In this document: piece by piece, positions 1 to 7,309 of the stretch
How the letters are laid out: each line of letters opens with the position of its first letter
Position numbering within the stretch: position 1 is the first letter of the stretch
IMG/VR virus record: IMGVR_UViG_3300047470_000295
Coordinates: 1 to 64,000 of that record
Direction: 5' to 3' (one strand)
Source of the DNA: a virus
DNA: 64,000 nucleotides
Notes under the pieces: generated by a model
Databases searched by the model: none
Seen by the model: the letters and a program-made list of their open reading frames with translations, nothing else
What the model was told of the DNA's origin: nothing
Translations under genes and position numbers: made by a program

Positions 1-644
1 CCTCGATGCCGGACTGGTTCACCGCCATGCAGGCGGTGGTCGACCAGTACGCGCAGACGTCGGCGGCGTTGGGTGCCGAGTTCTACGACGCCCAACGGGA
101 GGCGGCACGCGTCGCCAGCACGTTCACCGTGCCGGTCGTGGACCCGCCGTCACCGGAGCAGACCGAGGCGAGCCTGCGATGGGCCGCCAAGGATGTCTGG
201 GACCGTGACCCGGGCACGGCGACCGAGGCGCAGCTCCAGCCGGTCGAGATCCGTCTGGATCAGGCGGAGAAGAAGGCTGAGGCGGTCGCCCAGAAGCTGG
301 TCGCGGATACCGGGCGGTCAACGGTTCTGGGCGCGGTGCGTCGAGACGCGCAGGCGACAGCGTGGGCACGGTCTGCGGCGCTCGGAGCGTGCGCGTTCTG
401 CAAGCTACTGGCGGCCCGCGGGTCGGTGTACGCGCAGGACACGGCTGGTTTCCGGGCGCATGACGGTTGCCATTGCGGCGTCATCCCGGTCTTCCGAGGG
501 CAGAAGTTCGAGCCCTCCCCGCAGGCTTCCGAGTGGGCGCGGTCGTACGAGGAGTACGCCGCTGGCCATTCGGGGAGTCAACTGGCTCGCTTCCGGCGGG
601 CGCTGGCGGAGCACGACTCGAATCCGCTCCCCGGTTCTTTCTGA
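1..644 (+). CDS. phage head morphogenesis protein, MuF/SPP1 gp7-like, C-terminal part (5' end cut by window edge)
   Basis: Frame is open to base 1. C-terminal Cys/His motif CAFC...HDGCHCGVIPV. Lies directly upstream of the scaffold and capsid genes. Confidence 0.55.
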   Translation, partial: SMPDWFTAMQAVVDQYAQTSAALGAEFYDAQREAARVASTFTVPVVDPPSPEQTEASLRWAAKDVWDRDPGTATEAQLQPVEIRLDQAEKKAEAVAQKLVADTGRSTVLGAVRRDAQATAWARSAALGACAFCKLLAARGSVYAQDTAGFRAHDGCHCGVIPVFRGQKFEPSPQASEWARSYEEYAAGHSGSQLARFRRALAEHDSNPLPGSF

Positions 645-707
645 TCGACGAGGTCGCCCTGGTGGCGGCCTTTCTCATTTCCACAGCCCCTGGAGGGCCG
701 ATTCGTC

Positions 708-1361
708 ATGCCTGAAGAGACCGAGCAGAGCAGCGAGCAGCAGGAGTCCGGGACCGAGGAGACCGTCGAGGAGACGGCCACTGCGGAACAGGACGGTACC
801 GAGCAGCAGGACGACGCCCAGGAGGCGGACGCCGGCGGCGAGGAGAAGCCGTTCGACCGGAAGAAGTTCGAAGCAGCGCTGCGCAAGAAGAACAGCGAGG
901 CCGAGAACCTCCGCAAGCGGCTCAAGGAGCAGGAGCCACTGCTGGCCGAACTCAAGAAGCGCAAGGAAGCGGACCTGTCCGAGTCCGAGCGCCTCACCGA
1001 GCAGCTCACGGCAGCGCAGGAGCAGATCGCCAAGACCCGGCAGCGGCTGGTCCGCAGCCAGGTGCAGGCCCTCGCTGGCACCGCAACAGACGGTCGGGCG
1101 GCGTTCGCCGATCCCGCCGACGCGTTCGGTGAGCTCGACCTCGACTCGTACATCGACTCTGACGGCGACATCGACGAGGCGGCCATCGAGGCCGACCTTC
1201 AGGCGCTTTTGGAGCGCAAGCCGCACTGGGCGAAGACCCAGCCCCCGGAGGGCCCGCGGCGTCCTGCGCCGGACCGCACTCAGGCGTCCGGCGCCAACAA
1301 GACACGCCCCCTCACCCCCGAAGACGAGTTCTCCGGGTGGCTCAAGTCGCAGCTCACGTAG
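708..1361 (+). CDS. capsid scaffolding protein
   Basis: 217 aa, very acidic N-terminus (E/D/Q rich) and coiled-coil-like KK/EE middle. Immediately precedes the major capsid gene. Confidence 0.65.
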   Translation: MPEETEQSSEQQESGTEETVEETATAEQDGTEQQDDAQEADAGGEEKPFDRKKFEAALRKKNSEAENLRKRLKEQEPLLAELKKRKEADLSESERLTEQLTAAQEQIAKTRQRLVRSQVQALAGTATDGRAAFADPADAFGELDLDSYIDSDGDIDEAAIEADLQALLERKPHWAKTQPPEGPRRPAPDRTQASGANKTRPLTPEDEFSGWLKSQLT

Positions 1362-1380
1362 CTGCTGAAAGCGAGAAGTC

Positions 1381-2340
1381 ATGGTGGCCACGGCCCCCCT
1401 CAAGCTGTCCGATGTCAACGCCTCACTCCTGCCGCGCACCATCACGGCGCCGATCTTCGAGAAGAGTGTCGAGCAGTCCGCGGTGATGACGCTGGCCCGT
1501 CCGGCGCCGCTCGCGATCGACGCGACCACGTCGGTGCCGATCCCGATGGACGTGCCGCAGGCCGACTGGGTCGGCCAGGCGCAGAAGAAGCCGCTGAGCT
1601 CGTCTTCGGTCGGCATCAAGCAGATGACGGCGAAGAAGCTCGCGGTGCTCATCCCGGTCGCCGAAGAGGTCGCCATGACCAACGCGGGAGGCCTGTACAC
1701 GCAGCTCCAGCGTGACCTGCCGACCGCGTTCGCCCGCGCCTTCGACCACGCGGCGATCCACGGCCTGACCATGAAGGGCGCGGCCGGCCCGTTCTCCGAC
1801 TACCTGGCGATGACCACGAACTCGGTGGTTCTCGGCACGTCCTCGCAGAGCACGGGCGGGATCTGGGCCGACCTGGTCAAGGGCATGGAGAAGGTGATCG
1901 ACGACGACTTCGACTACACGGGGACCGTCGCCGACCACCGCCTGAAGCCGAAGCTGCTGTTGGCGACCGACACCACCGGGCGCCCGATCCTGGTCGACAC
2001 GCAGACCCCGGGCACGAACATGGCGTCCGCCGGCACCCTGATCGGTGAGCCGCTCGCCTACTCGCGTTCGGTGTCGGGCAAGCAGCGCCGCCAGTCGACC
2101 AGCTCGGACTCCGGGCTGCGGGCGATCGGCGGCGACTGGTCGCAGGCGGCCTACGGCGTCGGCATGGACATCACCGTGCGGATCTCGAAGGAGGCCACGT
2201 ACATCGACGAGGACGGCGGCGTCCACTCGGCGTTCCAGGAGAACCTGGTGCTGATCCTCGCGGAGGCCTACTACGGCTACGTGCAGGGCGACGCGTCCGC
2301 GTTCGTGAAGTACACCGGCACCCCGGCCTACGGGTCGTGA
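1381..2340 (+). CDS. major capsid protein (HK97-fold type by position and size)
   Basis: 319 aa ORF 20 nt after the scaffold gene with strong coding frame. C-terminus ends in TGTPAYGS. Confidence 0.75.
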   Translation: MVATAPLKLSDVNASLLPRTITAPIFEKSVEQSAVMTLARPAPLAIDATTSVPIPMDVPQADWVGQAQKKPLSSSSVGIKQMTAKKLAVLIPVAEEVAMTNAGGLYTQLQRDLPTAFARAFDHAAIHGLTMKGAAGPFSDYLAMTTNSVVLGTSSQSTGGIWADLVKGMEKVIDDDFDYTGTVADHRLKPKLLLATDTTGRPILVDTQTPGTNMASAGTLIGEPLAYSRSVSGKQRRQSTSSDSGLRAIGGDWSQAAYGVGMDITVRISKEATYIDEDGGVHSAFQENLVLILAEAYYGYVQGDASAFVKYTGTPAYGS

Positions 2341-2375
2341 CCGAGGCCCGCGGCGGCGGGAAGAGCGGCCGGGCG

Positions 2376-3362
2376 ATGCAGGTCGTCGCCCGGCTGCACG
2401 CCGCCCCGCCCCGGCACAACGCGGGGGCGGAGTGGATGGCCTGGTCGATGTTCCGTGCTCTCGTCGAGCGCGGGCACGATGTCACGGTGTGGCTGTCCAG
2501 GTACGGCGAGGACCACGAGCCGTATGAGCTGGACGGCGTGAAGGTGATCCCTCTGGAGTCGCGCCTGGACTTCGCTACGGCTGTCCGTCGGGCGAGTGTC
2601 CTGGTGTCGCATCTGGAGAACGTGAAGCCGACGGCGGCTCTGGCCCGCGGGTACGGGAAGCCGTTCGTGGCGATCTGCCACAACACGTTCACGCCGACGT
2701 TCAAGGACATGGCGTCCGGTGGGACCGCGCTGGCGGTGTACAACTCGCAGTGGATGGCGCGGGAAGCGGACGTCTTCTTCGCGGAGTATCCGAAGACGAT
2801 CCGGCCGGAGCAGTCGCTGATCATTCGGCCTCCGGTGTTCGCTGAGGACTATGCGACGAAGCCCGGCGACCGGATCACCCTCATCAACACCAACCCCGAC
2901 AAGGGCGGCGGGCTGTTCCACGACCTCGCCAAGCGCATGCCGGACCGGGAGTTCCTTGCCGTGATGGGCGCCTACGGCGCGCAGACCGACTACTCGGACC
3001 TGCCGAACGTCGAGGTCGTCGAGCAGATGTCCGGGCACGAGATGCGGGAGGCGGTGTACAGCCGCACGAAGGTGCTGCTCATGCCGTCGTTCTACGAGTC
3101 GTGGGGTCGTGCCGGCGTGGAAGCGCTCGCGAGCGGCATCCCCGTTCTCGCGCATCCGACGCCGGGCCTGTGCGAGTCGCTGGCCGAGGGCGGGATTTTC
3201 CTGGAGCGGCAGGATCTCGACGGGTGGGAGGCGGTCCTGCGGAAGCTGGAGACGCCTGCCGAGTACCGGCTGGCGTCGAAGCGGGCGAAGGCTCGCAGCG
3301 CCGAACTGGACCCGACGGCGGAACTGTCCGCCTGGTGCGACGCCGTGGAGGCCCTGGCTTAG
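2376..3362 (+). CDS. glycosyltransferase, GT-B fold, GT4/GT1-like
   Basis: Motif PSFYESWGRAGVEALASGIPV (E-x7-E) near the C-terminus and N-terminal MQVVARLHAAPPRHNAGAEW. An alternative GTG start at 2337 overlaps the capsid stop (GTGA). Confidence 0.7.
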   Translation: MQVVARLHAAPPRHNAGAEWMAWSMFRALVERGHDVTVWLSRYGEDHEPYELDGVKVIPLESRLDFATAVRRASVLVSHLENVKPTAALARGYGKPFVAICHNTFTPTFKDMASGGTALAVYNSQWMAREADVFFAEYPKTIRPEQSLIIRPPVFAEDYATKPGDRITLINTNPDKGGGLFHDLAKRMPDREFLAVMGAYGAQTDYSDLPNVEVVEQMSGHEMREAVYSRTKVLLMPSFYESWGRAGVEALASGIPVLAHPTPGLCESLAEGGIFLERQDLDGWEAVLRKLETPAEYRLASKRAKARSAELDPTAELSAWCDAVEALA

Positions 3363-3371
3363 GAGGACGCT

Positions 3372-3785
3372 GTGGCATTCGTTCCTCCAACCGCCGAACA
3401 GCTCGGCCTCATCCTGGGCCTCGACGAGATCCAGGGCGACCGAGCCGATCTCCTCATCACGACGGCCACATCGCTCTGCCAGACCGTCGTGAAGCCTTTG
3501 CCTGAGGGCGCGGAGGCCGTCGTCCTGTCGGTGGCCGGGCGGGCCTACGTGAATCCGCAGCAGGTCAGTTACGAGACGATCGGCCCGATGTCCGTGCAGC
3601 GCCCGTCCGGTTCGGGCGGCCTGTATCTGACGAAGGCCGACAAGTCTGCGCTGAAGTCGCTGGCCGGCCGGGGTGGCGCGTTCACCGTCGACCCGACTCC
3701 CGCTGCGGCGGATCCTTCCGCGACGTGGCCGCTCGATGATGCCGTGTTCTTGGAGGATTTCGAGGCGGGCTGGGGGTTGCCCTGA
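3372..3785 (+). CDS. head-tail connector/adaptor protein
   Basis: 137 aa, GTG start preceded by AGGAGGA. Position between head and tail genes. Confidence 0.5.
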   Translation: MAFVPPTAEQLGLILGLDEIQGDRADLLITTATSLCQTVVKPLPEGAEAVVLSVAGRAYVNPQQVSYETIGPMSVQRPSGSGGLYLTKADKSALKSLAGRGGAFTVDPTPAAADPSATWPLDDAVFLEDFEAGWGLP

Positions 3786-4147
3786 TGCCTGCCCCGTACC
3801 CCTACGGCGAGACGGTGCGGATCCTGCGCACCGGAGATTCGCCGGGCCGCGGGCCGCGCGGCCAGCCTCTGCCGGGCCTGGACGAGTCCTTCGACCTTGA
3901 AGGCTGCGTCGTCACTCCTCGGGCGGAAACGCCGCAGGTGGGTGGGGATCAGCAGCAGGCCAGGGACACCGTCATCGTCGGCTGGACCGTCTACGCCCCC
4001 GCTGGCAAACCAGTCCGCACCACCGATCAGGTGATGATCCGCGGCGTGAGGTGCGACATCACCGGCGAGCCCGGCGACTGGGGACGCAGCCCGTTCACCG
4101 GAACCCGCGGTGTCATCCAGTTCGCTGCCGACCGCGTCACCGGCTGA
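3785..4147 (+). CDS. head closure / head-tail joining protein
   Basis: 120 aa, ATG overlaps the upstream stop (TGATG). Call rests on position in the connector module. Confidence 0.45.
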   Translation: MPAPYPYGETVRILRTGDSPGRGPRGQPLPGLDESFDLEGCVVTPRAETPQVGGDQQQARDTVIVGWTVYAPAGKPVRTTDQVMIRGVRCDITGEPGDWGRSPFTGTRGVIQFAADRVTG

Positions 4148-4163
4148 CCGAGAGGGAGGCGCC

Positions 4164-4499
4164 GTGCCGGCCAAGTTCAAGATGAAGAAGAAGGGCGTCG
4201 GGCAACTCCTTCGATCGCCGATGATGGAGGCGGAGATGCTCCGCCGCGCCAAGGTCATCGAGGGCGTCGCCGTGGCGACGTCGCCTGTCGACATCGCGGG
4301 CCCGCACCCTGGGCACTACGCCGGATCCTGGGAGACGGACAGTACGTCTCGCGGCGGCCAGCGTCGTGACCGCGCCGTCGGCGTCGTCCGCAATACCGCC
4401 TACTACGCCCGCTGGGTCGAGTACGGCAACGGGCATCCCAACGGCCCCGCACATCACGTGCTGCTACGTGCGGCACTGCAGGGCGGGCGGAACCAGTGA
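4164..4499 (+). CDS. HK97 gp10-like neck/tail component
   Basis: Motif RNTAYYARWVEYGNG is typical of the HK97 gp10 family. GTG at 4164 is preceded by GAGGGAGG, so the track ORF start at 4110 is probably too early. Confidence 0.55.
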   Translation: MPAKFKMKKKGVGQLLRSPMMEAEMLRRAKVIEGVAVATSPVDIAGPHPGHYAGSWETDSTSRGGQRRDRAVGVVRNTAYYARWVEYGNGHPNGPAHHVLLRAALQGGRNQ

Positions 4500-4885
4500 C
4501 CGCACTCGTCGACATCGAGCTGGAGCTCATCACCCGCGGGACGGCCCGGTTCCCGGACGCGGTCGTGCGCGATGAGATCGACAACCGTCTCCTCGGTGAG
4601 CTGCCGACGATCCAGATTGAGCAGATCCCGGGCGGCGGCGACGACGGTCTGCGGCTGGCCCGGCTGATCGTCGACATCAACGTGTATGCCCCTACCAGGG
4701 CTGACGCCATCGCGCTGGCCCGCGAGGTGCACGACTGGGTGACAGGCGAACTGCGCGGCTCCAGCGGCGACTCGATCGCCATCGGCCGAACGGGCTGCCT
4801 GTCGCTGCCTGCAATCCGCCCCTACGAAAATGTTGCACTGCGACGGGTTGGTGCGACCTACGAGATCTACTGTCACCCGTCCTGA
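4496..4885 (+). CDS. tail terminator / tail completion protein (positional call)
   Basis: 129 aa, GTGA overlap with the upstream gene. Last gene before the major tail protein apart from an inserted cassette. Confidence 0.4.
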   Translation: MTALVDIELELITRGTARFPDAVVRDEIDNRLLGELPTIQIEQIPGGGDDGLRLARLIVDINVYAPTRADAIALAREVHDWVTGELRGSSGDSIAIGRTGCLSLPAIRPYENVALRRVGATYEIYCHPS

Positions 4886-5046
4886 TCTGCGATCGCTTCG
4901 ATCGCCTCGTCGTACCAGTCTGGCGGCACCAAGACGGCTGCCCGCCTTCCGTGACGGGTGATCGCGACGTGCTTGCCCTGCCATTGTGTGGCGTTCAAGA
5001 GCTGGGCGAACTGCTCACGCGCCTCTTGGACCTTGTATTCCTCCAT
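4873..5046 (-). CDS. Phd/YefM-like type II antitoxin, orphan (57 aa; below the ORF-track cutoff)
   Basis: Hand translation of the minus strand gives MEEYKVQEAREQFAQLLNATQWQGKHVAITRHGRRAAVLVPPDWYDEAIEAIADQDG. This matches the Phd/YefM N-terminal pattern (R..F..ll....G..v.ItrhGr..AvLvp...Y). Lower-GC patch, and the gene converges on the tail gene end by 13 nt. Confidence 0.55.
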   Translation of the reverse strand: MEEYKVQEAREQFAQLLNATQWQGKHVAITRHGRRAAVLVPPDWYDEAIEAIADQDG

Positions 5047-5073
5047 GTCGGAAGCGTACAGCTCGATCAGACC

Positions 5074-5095
5074 GTAAGGTTAGGTCAAACCTTAC
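5074..5095. promoter_or_regulatory. 8-bp inverted repeat GTAAGGTT-N6-AACCTTAC in the divergent Phd-like/HNH intergenic region (candidate operator)
   Basis: Perfect arms at 5074-5081 and 5088-5095, between the minus-strand ATG at 5046 and the plus-strand ATG at 5109. Confidence 0.4.
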
Positions 5096-5108
5096 AGATC
5101 GGGACGGC

Positions 5109-5678
5109 ATGGAGAAGACTTGCACGAGGTGCGGCGAGACCAAAGAGCGCGGCGACTTCCGTAAAAGGAAGAGCAGTAAGGACGGGCTAGCCACAGAATG
5201 CAGAGCGTGCGCTTGCGCTCGCGACCGTCAGTGGACCCGCGAGAATCAAGACCACCGGAGGGCATACCGTGAGCGCACCAAGAAGGAGCGCAGCGAGTAC
5301 GCCAAGCGGTGGTATTCAGAGAACCCGGGGTACCGGGAGCGGTACTACCGGGAGAACAAGGCCGCCAACTATGAGCGCCGCTATCGGTGGATCGAGCTGA
5401 ACCCCGAGAAGCACCGCGCACTCTCCGCGAAGCGTCGCGCAGCCCTGAGGGCGACTTCGGATCTCGAAGCAGTCGCCGAGTACATGGGGCTCCTACGGGC
5501 AGACCCGTGCGTCTACTGCGGATCTCCGACGAACCACATCGATCACATAGTCCCCCTTGCCAGAGAGGGCGCGCACGAGTGGGGCAATCTCGCCCCTACG
5601 TGCGCCACCTGCAACGCATCGAAGGCGACGCAGGATGTTCTGACCTTCATGCTGCGTCGACTCACTACAGCCACATAA
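5109..5678 (+). CDS. HNH endonuclease
   Basis: C-terminal YCGSPTNHIDHIVPLAREGAHEWGNLAPTCATCNASK (HNH/His-Me finger) and an N-terminal CxxC. ATG at 5109 fits better than the track start at 4986, which overlaps the Phd-like ORF. Confidence 0.8.
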   Translation: MEKTCTRCGETKERGDFRKRKSSKDGLATECRACACARDRQWTRENQDHRRAYRERTKKERSEYAKRWYSENPGYRERYYRENKAANYERRYRWIELNPEKHRALSAKRRAALRATSDLEAVAEYMGLLRADPCVYCGSPTNHIDHIVPLAREGAHEWGNLAPTCATCNASKATQDVLTFMLRRLTTAT

Positions 5679-5766
5679 CTGCCACCCGGTCTCCTGACCG
5701 GATCTGGGCCCGCGCCGGACCCTGTACCCGCCCGTGCGCGGGCTCTTCCATGTCTGGAGACATCTC

Positions 5767-6354
5767 ATGGTCAACATCACCCGCGCCGCGGACCTGGCCC
5801 TGGTCGGAGCGAACGGCGGAGGATGGGTGGCGCCGGTCGGCACCACGGCTCCCGCTTCTCCGCTCATCCAGCCGGCCACCCCCTGGGAGCCGCTGGGCGC
5901 CATCAGCGACGACGGTCTGACCTACGGCTTCGACGAGGACTCTCAGGAGTTCACGCCGTGGGGTCTGACCTCGCCGTTCCGTACCCAGATCACCAAGTCT
6001 GTGAGGACGTTCGGGCTGACGGTGTGGGAGACGTCGCGAACCACTGTGCAGTCGTTGCAGTACCGGCTCGACGCGGAGGCCCTGGAGCCGGACGGTGACG
6101 GCCTCACCAAGTACGCGGAGACTGCCTCGCCCGTCCCGGACCGCCGCGCGTTCTGGTTCCTCGTCATCGACGGCGACGCCTACAAGGGCTTCTACGTCCC
6201 GCAGGGTGAGATCAACGACCGCTCCGACGTGACGTACAAGCAGGACGAGATGTCCGGCTTCGAGTGGACGATCACCACTTACCCGGATGACCAGGGCAAC
6301 ACGGTCTACCACGTCGACAAGATCCCCGCGACGCCCACGTACACGGGCTCCTGA
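5767..6354 (+). CDS. major tail protein
   Basis: 195 aa, ATG at 5767 after GGAGA. Lies immediately upstream of the chaperone pair and tape measure. C-terminus ends in ATPTYTGS. Confidence 0.6.
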   Translation: MVNITRAADLALVGANGGGWVAPVGTTAPASPLIQPATPWEPLGAISDDGLTYGFDEDSQEFTPWGLTSPFRTQITKSVRTFGLTVWETSRTTVQSLQYRLDAEALEPDGDGLTKYAETASPVPDRRAFWFLVIDGDAYKGFYVPQGEINDRSDVTYKQDEMSGFEWTITTYPDDQGNTVYHVDKIPATPTYTGS

Positions 6355-6448
6355 ACGGGTGGGCGGGCCGGTATAGCCAGCCGGCGCGGGCCCGGTCCGC
6401 CCACCTCTGCACACTGCCCGCGCCGTTACAGAAGGAGAGGCCCGCGCC

Positions 6449-6880
6449 ATGGCCACACCTCGCAAGTCGACTGCTAGCAGCAGGAAGCCGCGCACTGCCG
6501 CCCGATCCGCGTCCCGCCCTCCGGTCTCGCGCCGTGACGTCGAGCTCGAAGAGGTCGACGAGCCGGACGTCACCGAGGCCGAGGCTCAGGAGATTGAGGC
6601 CGAAGGGCACTACGTGTCGGCCTCCCTGTGTGGCGAGGAGCTGCGCATCATCCCGCCTGGGGCTTGGCGGCAGTCGTGGCACCGCCTGCTGAACGGCGGT
6701 CAGTTCGATGCGTTCGCCGAGCTGGTCCTTCACCCGGACGATGTTGATGCATATTTCGACATCGACCCAACGAACGACGAGTTCAGCGAGTTCGTCGGCG
6801 ACGCCGCCGAACAGTCCGGTGAGAGCTTGGGGAAATCGCGTGGACCCGCTCCGTCGTCGAGGCGCACGCGGAGGCGGTAG
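6449..6880 (+). CDS. tail assembly chaperone (G-like, short product)
   Basis: 143 aa ORF directly before the tape measure, with the canonical position of the G/GT pair. Confidence 0.7.
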   Translation: MATPRKSTASSRKPRTAARSASRPPVSRRDVELEEVDEPDVTEAEAQEIEAEGHYVSASLCGEELRIIPPGAWRQSWHRLLNGGQFDAFAELVLHPDDVDAYFDIDPTNDEFSEFVGDAAEQSGESLGKSRGPAPSSRRTRRR

Positions 6881-7290
6881 AAGCGGACCTGTTCCGCTAC
6901 TACCAGGGCGTCGACCTCCTCGGCGTCCACCGCGGCACGATGTCTTGGCGCCGCCTGCGGGTCCTGATCCAGCATCTGCCGTCCGAGTCGGCGACCTGGA
7001 CCGCACTCCGTAACAGCCTGTCGGCCGAGGAGCTGGCCGAGCAGTCGGAGAAGGGCGAGCCGGAGAAGGGCCGCTGGTCTCAGAGCGATCACCTTCTGGC
7101 CGTGATCGCGGATCGGGTTGCCCGCCTGGAGTACGTGCTGATCAGCGTCAACACCGAGCAGAAGTCGAAGCGGCCGAGGGCCCCCGAGCCGATCCGCCGG
7201 CCGGGAGCCAAGTCCGTCCAGGCGAAGCAGCAGATGTCGGAGCTGCAGGCCAACACCCTGTTTTCGCTGATCAATGGAGGCGCCGCGTAG
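6449..7290 (+). CDS. tail assembly chaperone, -1 frameshift fusion (GT-like, long product)
   Basis: The -1 frame opens at 6823 (stop at 6820-6822). It reads LGEIAWTRSVVEAHAEAVEADLFRYYQGVDLL... into the 6940..7290 ORF and ends 20 nt before the tape measure start. Confidence 0.6.
6829..6835 (+). promoter_or_regulatory. candidate -1 slippery site GGGGAAA
   Basis: Zero frame reads TTG GGG AAA TCG. This is the only homopolymeric slip site inside the 6823-6880 overlap window. Confidence 0.5.
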
Positions 7291-7309
7291 CGCTGAGGGG
7301 AGGCCCTCA

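Noticed and set aside
73-1368. 431-aa Arg/Ser/Pro-rich ORF overlapping the head and scaffold genes
   Set aside because: Its composition is typical of an off-frame read of high-GC coding DNA. It overlaps two well-supported genes in another frame.
675-1772. 365-aa minus-strand ORF. The same class includes 2328..3155-, 9950..11089-, 13910..14707-, 15254..16249-, 35529..36623-, 36761..37846-, 38310..39260-, 39097..40386-, 42459..44168-, 43954..45570-, 45913..47412- and 59305..60849-
   Set aside because: These are antisense shadows of strongly supported plus-strand genes (capsid, tape measure, DnaB, Dcm, TraB and others). High GC suppresses stop codons on the opposite strand, and none has a recognisable motif or ribosome-binding site.
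4454-4872. Toxin partner expected downstream of the Phd-like antitoxin
   Set aside because: The minus strand downstream is the antisense of the tail gene 4496..4885. The only ORF there (4454..4984-) is an Arg-rich shadow in a different frame, so the antitoxin appears orphan.
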